A stretch of 62,912 nt of DNA, counting the filler, from Octopus bimaculoides (taxonomy: Eukaryota): the NCBI RefSeq assembly GCF_001194135.2. It is 4 parts of 3 records of this genome, joined end to end, with 100 filler letters (N's around TTAATTAATTAA, not from the genome) between each part and the next. Parts side by side here need not be neighbours in the genome. Positions count along the whole stretch, not along the records: positions 1 to 18,840 come from NC_068998.1; 3 more parts are not named here. One strand, given 5' to 3'. Below, piece after piece: positions 1 to 11,312 of this stretch. How positions within the stretch are numbered: position 1 is the first letter of the stretch; each line of letters opens with the position of its first letter. The position numbers and the translations under genes are program-made. The notes under the pieces are model-generated. The model did not search any database and had not been told where the DNA came from. It saw nothing but the letters and a program-made list of their open reading frames with translations.

Positions 1-409
1 ATATATATATATATATATAAAGTTCTTTATAACTGCATTCAGTTTCATCAAGTGTTGGACACGCATTCATATATGTGTATATATATTTATACATTTGCAT
101 ACATTTGCATACATAGTATATTACAAATAAGAAGATAAGAAAGAGTTGATTACATCTTTCATGACCAGTTACAATCGTCTCTGTACCAACCTTGTTTTCA
201 ACCCCAGTTCATGCAAAAGTTTCATTTGCAATTTTGCAATTAAGAATGTCATTTCTTCAGACCTACATCAAAGTTACGTTCTTACATTGCGTGTCTGCCA
301 ATTATTGAGTTATGTTTGTATCTTAGTATATCTATCCTCGCTTATCATGAGTGTTTGGTTATAAAAAATTTTTTTTAACAAAACCGTAGGGACCCTTATT
401 CCATAAGAC

Positions 410-614
410 AACTAATTCTTTCTACTATAGGCACAAGGCCTGAAATTTTTGTGGGAAGGAATAAGTCGATTGCATCTGGTACTTATTTCATCAACCCCAA
501 AAGGATGAAAGGCAAAGTCGACCTCGGCGGAATTTGAACTCAGATCGTAAGGACAGACGAAATGCCGCTAAGCATTTTGCCCGGCGTGCTAACGATTCTG
601 CCAGCGCGCCACCT
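410..614 (-). mobile_element. tRNA-derived SINE, family A
   Basis: Reverse complement carries GAGTTCAAATTCCGCCGAGGTCGACTTTGCCTTTCATCCTTT, which recurs many times in the window. Confidence 0.85.
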
Positions 615-853
615 TATCAGTCAATTAATGATAGAGACAGGATCTTCGAGAGAAATTTTGCACGGCAGACCAAAACTGTTTCTCCGTCCCAGTGATGGTT
701 GTGATGAGGGTGGACGTCTTTCAAAATTCAAGTGCGCTTGGAAATTTTAGCTGAGAGAAGGGCCTACCGTCAGTTACGCATGGACTCTCTCCATGGCTCT
801 CCGAGCTCTGGGTCCGATATACCCACTATCTCGCCCACTACTTGCATAGGCTT

Positions 854-889
<36 letters not shown>

Positions 890-1146
890 TTAAAGCGAGT
901 AACGTTGTACTTACAGCTGTCGTTGGGGATGATGATGATGATGATGATGATGAAAGTTGTAGTGGTCGTAGGTATGGCGGATAGGAAGTGCGTGGGTGGG
1001 GCTGGGGTTAGAAATTGGAATGGCGCTAATGGCGTTAGCGATCGTAATAGTTGTGGCAGTAGCAGCCAAGTTACGTGATACAAAACCCTCTTCTAACTTT
1101 TAGCAAACAGCATATTTTTGTTTGTTTTTTGGTTTATTTTTAACGC

Positions 1147-1182
<36 letters not shown>

Positions 1183-1675
1183 TTCGGTAAAGACACAGTT
1201 TAAATATATGCGAGTTCATAGAGTCCATTAGTGATGGTGGCATTCAAATATTTAGCTTACGTTCGTGATATTTCTAAAACTTATTCTTAAATTCGACATC
1301 AGGTGTTGTCTTTGGTTCTGCTTCCTGCAACCGAAAGGGTAATCTATAAAAATAGTCGCACTTCCTTTGTGTGCACGTGTGTGTGTCCGTGTCCGTGCGT
1401 GTGTGTGTATACATATATGCAAATGTATATACGTACGTATATATGTATGTGTGTGTGCGTGTATGTGTGTATGTATGTATGTATGTATGTATGCATGCTT
1501 GTTTGTTTGTATGTATGTATATCCGAAAGACCAAATGAAAACATCATGTACTTTAAATAGACGTGTAAAATGATTTAACGACAAATCATGCTCAGTGGGG
1601 CATCCGTTGTTTGACATCCACACATTCCAAATATTTGCCTCGTTCTTATCCAACCCGCATACCTACCAATCTACC

Positions 1676-1913
1676 TTTCTTATTTCTTTATTGTCCACAA
1701 GGGGCTAAACATAGAGGGGACGAACAAGGACAGACAAAGAGATTAAGTCGATTACATCGACCCCAGTGCATAACTTGTACTTAATTTATTGACCCCGAAA
1801 GGATGAAAGGCAAAGTCGACCTCGGCGGAGTTTGAACTCAGAACGTAACGGCAGACGAAATACCGGTAAATCTTTCGCCCGGCGTGCTAACGTTTCTGCC
1901 AGCTCGCCGCCTT
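1676..1913 (-). mobile_element. tRNA-derived SINE, family A (near full length)
   Basis: Same head and core as the 410-614 copy, with a longer 3' part. Confidence 0.88.
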
Positions 1914-2154
1914 CGATTTACCTATCTATTTACCTATCAACCTATCAAACTACACACCTACATTCCTACCTACCCACCTGCCTATACGAACCAACGGGGA
2001 GACCTGCCCCAGCTCGGCAGTTCGACATAGAATGCATTTGTTCACTAAAGTCCACAACAACAACAGCAAGTAAAACCGGAACAACAACAACATCAACAAC
2101 ATCTGCAACAGCAACTAGAGTGTATAGATGAAAACGAATGCCAACGTGTGTGTG

Positions 2155-2340
2155 TGTGTTTTGCCTTTTATCTTTTACTTGTTTCAGTCATAAGACCGCA
2201 GCAAGGCTGGAACATCACCAAGAATTTTAGTCGAACCTCAGTACTTTTTTTAAGCCTAGTATTTATTCTATCGGTCTCTTTTGCCGCACCGCTAAATTAT
2301 GGGAACATAAACACACCAACACCGATTGTAAAGTGGTGTG
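2155..2340 (-). mobile_element. SINE family B, 3' part
   Basis: tcttttacttgtttcagtca... is the reverse complement of the tail at 6600-6650. Confidence 0.75.
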
Positions 2341-2516
2341 GGAGGGGAAACAAACACACACAAACATACATACATACATACATACATACATACATACACA
2401 TAACATACATACACATAACATACATATATACATACATACATACATACATACACATAACATACATACATACATACATACATACATACATACATACATACAT
2501 AAATACATACATACAT

Positions 2517-2650
2517 AGTTCGAATTTACAGAAAACAAAAGACGAAGACAGGTGAAAGAACAACAAGCAGGTGTATTAGTTTGACGCTCAGAAAGAACGG
2601 AAAAGTATTTGACGTTTCGAACCTACGCTCTTCGACAAAAAGGATTGAGA
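2517..2650. repeat. Dispersed repeat, probable Penelope-like element terminus (copy 1)
   Basis: Homologous to 39990-40120 (tttacagaaaacaaaagacgaag...ttagtttgacgctc...acgtttcga.cctacgctcttc). The minus strand has a degenerate minimal hammerhead motif GAAGA...GAAACGTC. Confidence 0.55.
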
Positions 2651-2703
2651 GGGGGGAAAAAGGAATGCGAAGGAACAAAACAGAGAGAGAGAGAGGGAGA
2701 GAG

Positions 2704-2745
<42 letters not shown>

Positions 2746-3737
2746 GTGTAAGGATTAACGGTTCAACATGATGAAATGACCAGAAGAAACGCNNNNNNNN
2801 NNNNNNNNNNNNNNNNNNNNNNNNNNNNNNNNNNNNNNNNNNNNNNNNNNNNNNNNNNNNNNNNNNNNNNNNNNNNNNNNNNNNNNNNNNNNNNNNNNNN
2901 NNNNNNNNNNNNNNNNNNNNNNNNNNNNNNNNNNNNNNNNNNNNNNNNNNNNNNNNNNNNNNNNNNNNNNNNNNNNNNNNNNNNNNNNNNNNNNNNNNNN
3001 NNNNNNNNNNNNNNNNNNNNNNNNNNNNNNNNNNNNNNNNNNNNNNNNNNNNNNNNNNNNNNNNNNNNNNNNNNNNNNNNNNNNNNNNNNNNNNNNNNNN
3101 NNNNNNNNNNNNNNNNNNNNNNNNNNNNNNNNNNNNNNNNNNNNNNNNNNNNNNNNNNNNNNNNNNNNNNNNNNNNNNNNNNNNNNNNNNNNNNNNNNNN
3201 NNNNNNNNNNNNNNNNNNNNNNNNNNNNNNNNNNNNNNNNNNNNNNNNNNNNNNNNNNNNNNNNNNNNNNNNNNNNNNNNNNNNNNNNNNNNNNNNNNNN
3301 NNNNNNNNNNNNNNNNNNNNNNNNNNNNNNNNNNNNNNNNNNNNNNNNNNNNNNNNNNNNNNNNNNNNNNNNNNNNNNNNNNNNNNNNNNNNNNNNNNNN
3401 NNNNNNNNNNNNNNNNNNNNNNNNNNNNNNNNNNNNNNNNNNNNNNNNNNNNNNNNNNNNNNNNNNNNNNNNNNNNNNNNNNNNNNNNNNNNNNNNNNNN
3501 NNNNNNNNNNNNNNAAATTAAGTATCAGTTGCTTACTGAGGTCGATCTAATCGACTGCCCCCATCCCTCCCAAAAAATTTCAGGCCTTGTACCTAGAGTA
3601 GAAAAGAATACATAAAACTTTGATTACATGTATCCATAGTCTTGGAAAACCTTGGCAATAATATAAGCAGAAAGATTTCCAATTTGTGTACTTCTCTTGC
3701 TTTTGGTTTCAGTTTCGCTTTCTTTTCTTTTTTTCAG

Positions 3738-4155
3738 GCGCTTCTTGGCAAATACAATGGATCATGTGGCGTGTGTGGAGACCCGTGGGATCAAAGTCCA
3801 CGGGACCATGAAAGGGGTGGAAAATTTTATGAAGGAATCATAACAGGGACTTTTGAGGAAGGATCAATGATTAAAACTGCAGTACAAGTAACTGCTAATC
3901 ACAAAGGTTATTTTGAATTTCGAGTCTGCCCTTACGATAGCCCTGAAGCTGGTGATATTGAATATTCAAAGGATGGCAATTTTGTTGAAGTTAGTCAATC
4001 GTGTTTGGACAAACATCTGTTAACCCTCGGTGAAACTTCTTACACCAGATATTACATCCCACATACATCACCAATTATGCTTAACAATATCTCTCTCAAA
4101 CTACCAAGTGGTCTGGTCTGCAAAAAATGCTTATTCCAATGGACGTACGTAACCG
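3738..4155 (+). CDS. AA15-family LPMO, internal exon with most of the catalytic domain
   Basis: Acceptor ttttttcAG at 3736-3737 and donor GTAAGT at 4156-4161. Translation ALLGKYNGSCGVCGDPW...HERGGKFYEGIITGTFEEG...VQVTANHKGYFEFRVCP...LKLPSGLVCKKCLFQWTYVT contains the AA15 motifs CGVCGDP, TANHxGxFEF (second His of the His brace) and CxxCxxQWxY. Confidence 0.93.
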
Positions 4156-4405
4156 GTAAGTACAATTCTCTGTTACCATGTATTCAATAAAAGAAAGCAA
4201 TGATATCGATAGATTAAATTAAAATCGTTTCAATTAGTGATCTAAAAAATCATCATAGCTCTATTTTATCATGTTTTTGAAAAAGGTTGTTTTGTTTTGT
4301 TTTACATTGTTGTTTTCTTTAAAGGAAACCATATGATTAAGGCATGTTCTAAAAGTACTTTCAGCGTTAAAGGTTTCGTGGTGGTTGTGTCGTTGTCCCT
4401 TAACC

Positions 4406-4680
4406 CAGGGGTTTTCAAACTGTGGTCCGCGGACCACAGGGGGTCCGTAGACAGCAAATACTTTTTATGGGCAATTTGATTTTATATGTGTTTTTTAAGC
4501 GAGATCTTTTAATTGACAATAAACCTATTTGTTAAATACTGTTAAATAAATAAATGTAAAAATGTATGTTATTTTAAGCAAATATTTATGTATAAATTTC
4601 ATAAGCGTTTATAAGGGGGTCCCTAAGGTAAAGCCTGAAATATAAAGGGGTCCGCAAGTCAAAAAGTTTGAAAACCACTG
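4406..4680. mobile_element. hAT-type MITE in LPMO intron
   Basis: 15-bp TIRs CAGGGGTTTTCAAAC / GTTTGAAAACCACTG with 1 mismatch. Perfect 8-bp TSD CCTTAACC at 4398-4405 and 4681-4688. Confidence 0.92.
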
Positions 4681-4820
4681 CCTTAACCCATTCGAACTTT
4701 GGGATACTACTCATCGCTCTGTTAAGATTACACGAGACTTGAAACACAGACCAGAAAGCTAATGAAACACTTGTCAGTTGTATGTTACTGTTATTGCAAG
4801 TATCAATGATGTAAGTGATG

Positions 4821-5035
4821 TAAAGCAGTGAATTGGCAAATTCGTTAGCACGCAGAGCAAAATGCCCAGCAGCATTTCGTTCGTCTTTACGAACTGAGTT
4901 TAAATTCTGCCGAGGTCGACTTTGCCTTTCATCCATTCATGGTAGATAAAATAAGTACCAGTTGAGTACTGGCATCGATGTAATAGATTAGCCCCTCCTT
5001 CGAAGTTACTGGCTTTGTACTAGAATTTGAAACCA
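4821..5035 (+). mobile_element. SINE family A
   Basis: gaggtcgactttgcctttcatcc core with a tRNA-like head. Confidence 0.8.
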
Positions 5036-5334
5036 AATATATTTTTATGGAGCTAAGATAGCGTTTTGTCCTCGGTTTGTAACTATGGAAGAGATACAAT
5101 ACAAACCATAATGAATCCAGAACGAAATATGAATGGATGCATAGATCTTCGAAGTTCGACCGTGAGTATTCAATTTTACCTAGTCGTCAAATGAACGTGG
5201 TTGAGTATTCGTAGACATGTGCATCTTCAAAGTAATTCTGAAGCAGAATCAGTGTGACACATTGTACAGGTATAATTGATCCGACAGATTTCTATGCAGT
5301 TCCCATCAACCCAATTTTCACTCAGAAGGTGACT

Positions 5335-5625
5335 GAGCACTCCGTCGGTTACGACGAAGAGTGTTCCCAGTTGATCCGATCAACAGAAAAGCCTGCTTGT
5401 GAAATTAACTAACAAGTAGTTGAACACTCCACAGACACGCTTGCCCTTAACGTAGTTCTCAGAGAAATTCAGCGTGACAAGTCTGGCCCATTGAATTACT
5501 GGTACTACTCATATTTACCAGCTGAGTGGACCGGAACAATGTGTCTTTAAAGTGCCTGACACAAGGACACAACCCACTGCCAGGAAGCAAGCTCACGACC
5601 TTATGATCATGAGCCGATTACATAA
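5335..5625 (-). mobile_element. SINE sharing the family C 3' tail but with a different body
   Basis: cactccgtcggttacgacga...cagcgtgacaag matches the tail at 49521 onward, then diverges into a caaggacacaac-containing body. Confidence 0.7.
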
Positions 5626-6019
5626 ACAACGCCAGGCGCATTGACTTTCACAAGGAATTGGTCGAGCCGGAGCTAAAGAAAACGACATTTGCTCAAAACA
5701 CTTGCAGTAAGATTGAACCTGGGACCCCGTGGTTGCAAGAACAAGATAAAAACGCTAAATGCATGACACTGATTTTATTTTTAATAGCTCAGTTTCAGGA
5801 AGAAAGGTAGCGCTAGTAGCTCTCTTCTGGGCCTTGGTAGTTGATGGGGAAAAAAGGAGAAAAATGTTTTCAGAACAGTGACCAAGACCCATTGCTTGCA
5901 AAAGAAGGGGCTCTGTTAAAAAGGGATTCAAGTGTCATTGGTGAAGTTATTGATACCAGTTACTTAGTCAAAACTGAGCCATAACTGTACTTAGTTTCAA
6001 ATTGCTAAGGTGGAAACAC

Positions 6020-6652
6020 AGGAGCAGTCATAGTTCCGTGGTTAAGAAACTCGCTTTGCAACCACGTGGTTCCAAGTTCAATCTTCCTGCGCAGCACCTT
6101 GTTCCTTTTACTATAAACGAACCAGTACCTTTTAAGTGAATTTGGTAGATGGAAACTGTGTGGAATCCCGTCGTATATGTGCATGTGTGTGCGTATCTTT
6201 GACAACTGCCGTCGGTTTGGTTTACGTCCCCGTACATTAGCGGTTCTGCAAAAGAGACAGGCTTAAAAATTAAGTACTGGATTCGATGATTTATTCGGTC
6301 CCACTGCGTGGCACCTTGAGTAAGTGTCTTCTACTATAGACTCGAGCCGACCAAAGCCTTGTGAGTGGATTTGGTAGACGGAAACTGAAAGAAGCTAGTC
6401 GTATATACGTATATATATATATATGTATGTGATGTGTGTGTGTACGTTTATGTGTCTGTGTTTGTCCCCCTAGCATCGCTTGACAACCGATGCTGGTGTG
6501 TTTATGTCCCCGTCACTTAGCGGTTCGGCAAGAAGAGACCGATAGAATAAGTACTAGGCTTACAAAGAATAAGTCCCGGGGTTGATTTGCTCGACTAAAG
6601 GCGGTGCTCCAGCATGGCCACAGTCAAATTACTGAAACAAGTAAAAGAGTAA
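6020..6652 (+). mobile_element. Two adjacent SINE family B copies
   Basis: cactgcgtggcaccttg.g.aagtgtcttctactatag...gtggatttggtagacggaaactgaaagaag core, internal TA/TG microsatellite, and tail ending gactgaaacaagtaaaaga-like. Confidence 0.85.
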
Positions 6653-7214
6653 GGCTGTACCTTTATGTCTAGACGGACCTGAAGCAGACTTAGAGTAAAG
6701 AGGGCATGTCATTAATAAGATCGTAAATGACGGCGAAAAAACTTGGACAAACCTGATTGATCGATTGCTCAAAAGATTAATCAAACAATCGATTAGTAAA
6801 TTGGTTAAATGGTCTACCAATTAATAAATAAATAATAAAGAAGTAAAAAAGAACTAGTGCATGAGTTTTTGTGGCTGTTTTGCCCTAGGTCAACGCTGAT
6901 TGGGCAGATGCATGCCTAAAGATGTCTTCAAGCCGTGATCAACCCGTCATTTAAGCAATGTAAGATTAGATTATCTTGTGTCCTTTCGTTATTTAAAACC
7001 CAGCCGAGAGTGATTTGAAGGTGATTTAGTCAATACATCCAGCAGGTCATTACAAAGAAATACAGACGTCTGTGGAGAAGGAGATTGTTCTTTTTTTTAC
7101 TTTTTTGTCTTTTTGTAAAATAGACCTTCGACGTGGTTTCTGATATTTCCTATTTATGCTTTCATGAAAATTAAAAAAATATTTACACTATGTCCTATTT
7201 TAATTTCAATCCAG

Positions 7215-7442
7215 GTAATAGCTGGGGTAAGTTTCCAAACGGAACGGCTTGCATTGGATGTGGGCTACAAGAAACATTTAAAGCTTGCTCTGATATTGTC
7301 ATCAACCCCAAATCGACCGGTAGCTCAACGTCTACACCACCTATAACCACATATTCTACCACAAAGTCGCCATCTACCGAACAGAGCACAGTACTACTCA
7401 GCAATTCGCCGACAACTGAGGGAACAAAATGGAGAGCAACAG
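7215..7442 (+). CDS. AA15 LPMO exon: end of catalytic domain plus start of Ser/Thr linker
   Basis: Acceptor tccAG at 7213-7214, donor GTTGGT at 7443. Phase 1 matches the previous exon (G+GT = Gly). Encodes GNSWGKFPNGTACIGCGLQETFKACSDIVI, the AA15 C-terminal motif, then STGSSTSTPPITT...KWRAT. Confidence 0.93.
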
Positions 7443-7510
7443 GTTGGTTTTTAATGTAAAACATTACATGTTTACATACATACATAGATGCATGCATTCA
7501 TACATACATA

Positions 7511-7541
<31 letters not shown>

Positions 7542-7924
7542 CGCTCACACACATATGTGTATGTTTGGACAAATGGATGTATATTCTTTTATTCTTTTAC
7601 TTGTTTCAGTCATTTGACTGCGGCCATGCTGGAGCACCGCCTTTAGTCGAGCAAATCGACCCAGGACTTATTCTTTGTAAGCCTAGTACTTATTCTATCN
7701 NNNNNNNNNNNNNNNNNNNNNNNNNNNNNNNNNNNNNNNNNNNNNNNNNNNNNNNNNNNNNNNNNNNNNNNNNNNNNNNNNNNNNNNNNNNNNNNNNNNN
7801 NNNNNNNNNNNNNNNNNNNNNNNNNNNNNNNNNNNNNNNNNNNNNNNNNNNNNNNNNNNNNNNNNNNNNNNNNNNNNNNNNNNNNNNNNNNNNNNNNNNN
7901 NNNNNNNNNNNNNNNNNNNNNNNN

Positions 7925-7964
<40 letters not shown>

Positions 7965-10935
7965 CATATATGCTCACTCACAGTCACGTGAAACACATAC
8001 ATGCACACCCACACACACACGCCTCTATGTGCACATATATATGCAACCATACACATGTACACATATACATATCCGCACACATAAACAAACTGAATAACGT
8101 ACGTTGCTTTCTGGAGAAAATTAAACTCGCATAACGAGTTGAAATTTGAACAAACTACGGGCAGACTAAGCACGCATATAAGTGGCTGTGAGAATGTGTA
8201 CAAACGTTTCGTTAACGTCCATGTGCACATTTCATATAGCTTGCAAATTTTCATATTTTATATTAAAAATAAAATTTCTCATTTGTGATTTTTTTTTTCT
8301 TTTAAACCATAACCATGAATCAACAGAATCAAGACAAAGGGGGAAAAGTACGCTCATGTACGCACGCACGAGCACATATATATGTATTTGCTATAGATTG
8401 ATAAACAGTTAAAACATCCTTTCATGCTATGTGGAGTTTAGCTGTATCTTAGAACGGTTTACCTCTTATTTATATGTATTTCAGTCACTTATGTGACGAA
8501 CAATTTGTTTAACGAACAGGGTTCCGAAATGGATATGTTCGTAAATACAAACCCCACTGTAATAAGTTACAAAAATAATTAGAGCAGAAAGAGACTAATA
8601 TTAATTTGAACCTGACTGCATTAAAGTGTTGGATGTTGGTGATGATGGCAAAGACGATGCCAATGGCAACAATTTCCAATGAAGCTAATACCACATAATC
8701 GTAAGCAGTTACAAATCGTGACAAATTTTCTATCAATGTGTTAAGTATATTGACACTCATTACCGTGGCAATATTGACAAAAGCAAAGACATTAGAAATA
8801 TTGAAGTAAAGCACACATTAACTTGCTTAATACATAATCATGGTAACTCTAAATAATCAAGACTACCACAAAGAGGTTAACATTTTTTGTTCAAGTTACA
8901 AAAAGGAAATACACACAAAATTTTAAAATATATATTTTTGAACTGACTTAATGTACCAAAGTGTAAATTAAATATAAATCAGGAATCAGTAAGGATAGTG
9001 AGAAAAAAGGCTAGTTTGGATCTTAGCTGGGAAAATAAAAGAAACTCTTTAGGAGACAGGATGCAGTTATATGCTTCTGTAATATTTGTTCTTAATGAGA
9101 GCACTTCGTTATCCCATCAAGTATTGACAAGTCGTAAATGTCACTACACAGTATTCATGGTCTCTGGGTCTTCCTGAATGGCACACCTTGAATTATTTTA
9201 GCAGTTATGATGATGCATGTTTTATGCGGCCCACTTCTCGGAAAAAGTTGCCCTTGCTGGTCTACAGCTCGCTCACCAGTTCCTTTTGTGTCCTTATCTT
9301 TTCCTTTGACCACTTCTTGTCCAGTGTGGTATCTGGCTAGAGTTTCTTACTATTTGAGTTTTTGAAACGTAAACACAGTTGGCTTCAATGTTATTAGCTC
9401 AACTAACTGCATTTTTGCTTGGGGTTCTTGCTTTTGTAACTATCCAGAAGGATAGACATATCATTGAGAACAATAGATTTAGTTGGTGATCTTGTTATCT
9501 TAATTCTAGCTTTTGGTGAAATAGAAGAGGTTAGAAAGGGTCAAGTGGTGAAGACATTGTTTAGGCCTAGCTAAAGGCATCTGGCATATGTAAAACTGCT
9601 GTCAGAGAAAAACCATTGTTCCACCATGGGAAAAGTTCTGNNNNNNNNNNATATATATATATATATATATATATAACCTCTGTGTGTGTGTGTTTAACCC
9701 TAAAAAGCTCTATGCATTAACTAAATTATCTAATGTTGAAGAACTGATTTTCTTAATTTAACAAGCAACAATTTCAATTCATTCAGACTATACACCTATC
9801 AAAATGAAGAACACATTGTTGAACAGAGATCCATAAAACCAAAAATATTAGCATTACATGAAGGCATGTTGCTTACTGGTTAGGGTATTAAACTCATAAT
9901 TATGATTGTGGGTCCAGTACCCCAGCCAGTAACATTGTGAATTTGATTCTTGAACTGGGTGGGAAATTGCATCCTTGAGTAAGACACTTCATTTCACATG
10001 GCTTCAGACTACTCTATTAAAATGCATACCTGTTGGTTACTCGTGCAGATGTATTTCTTTCCAGCTCTCACATTCAGGATGTTCCAATAAATCAAGAGTG
10101 AGAGGGCTGAGAGTGCATATGTGTTTGTTTGTGACTACATAAGCACTTAAAACAATTAGAAAAGGCGTGGTACATGCCACCAATCATACTCACTTGCTAA
10201 TGATGACTGTGTTTTATTGGCATTACAGAAATGGAACACCAGTCATGACAGAAACTTTTATTTGAACTTTACCTTGGTTAGGTGGATGCTTCTGCTGATT
10301 AATAAATTCTATAGCTGACTATATGATTCTTGCCCACAAAAATGTTATCAGCATCATTCCTACTAAATGCTATTTATTTGAAAAACATCTCTGGATTATA
10401 TATTCTCCAAACAATACAATTTTCCTATGCCTATGTATGATCTTCAGTATTTATTTAGTGATTCATTGATCACTCATTTTGCACATATAGTGAAGGCTGT
10501 GTTTTGCTGAGAAGACTACAATAAGACTAGAACATGACTAGAAATGCCTTTGCTAGTACATATCATAAAATTCACTTATATATTTTTATATTTTTTACCT
10601 TTTCCTAAATGTGTCAGTAGATAATTATTTCTTTGAATATTTCCAACTATCTTTGATCAATTTTAATTTATCATCCCATATCTTTCTTTGATCGCTTCTA
10701 CACTAAATACCATTTATTATATTATTAATCTATTACTGCTATCTTAGTGTATCATATTAATCTTTCTTTCCCTTTCATATTGTTTCTCATTTTCCTGTGT
10801 GATTAATATTTCCAATTATCTACAACTCATCTAGAAATATCTACATCATGCCAAATACAAAAAAAAACTTACCTATCTATCTCTTACATTCTATATTTTT
10901 TTAAAATTTTATTTTTAAATCTTTGTGCCCATCAG

Positions 10936-11312
10936 ATGTATCCCTGACAACACTAGGCAAATGGACTCGAATTCTGACAAGCAGCCTTGGTACGACTACC
11001 AGTCTAGAAGCAGATGAGCCTACAAAAGCTGAAACTGATAGCTGGTACAGCTCTAAGTTTAGTGCAACAGCAGAGACAGCAACAACAACAACAACAGCAG
11101 CAACAACAACGACAACAGCAACAACAACAACGACAACAGCAACAACAACAACAACAACACAAGCACCAAGTAAAACCACAATTAAAACACAGCAATGTAA
11201 GGCTGTTGGTGTCTGGAAAATAGTTAAAGGAATAAGTCAGTGGTGTATTGATAACTGTCGCCGGGGATTTTGTCCTGCGGGTTACTGTTCACCTGAATGT
11301 AGATATGTTTAA
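10936..11312 (+). CDS. AA15 LPMO last coding exon: Thr-rich linker plus six-Cys module
   Basis: Acceptor atcAG at 10934-10935, phase 1 compatible with the donor at 7443. Encodes a poly-Thr tract then CKAVGVWKIVKGISQWCIDNCRRGFCPAGYCSPECRYV, stop TAA at 11310-11312. The three exons total 1023 nt, an exact 341 codons. Confidence 0.85.

Noticed and set aside
661-750. HGRPKLFLRPS as the LPMO His1 exon
   Set aside because: No signal peptide precedes it, there is no PPxRxSxWR motif, and it follows a SINE directly.
7227-7232. GTAAGT 12 nt inside the middle LPMO exon
   Set aside because: Using it would delete the conserved GCGxQETF..C.DI motif, so it is treated as an incidental cryptic donor.
8500-9360. 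Possible extra LPMO exon or LINE remnant in the last intron
   Set aside because: No frame gives a Cys-module exon with suitable splice sites, and the RT resemblance is too weak.
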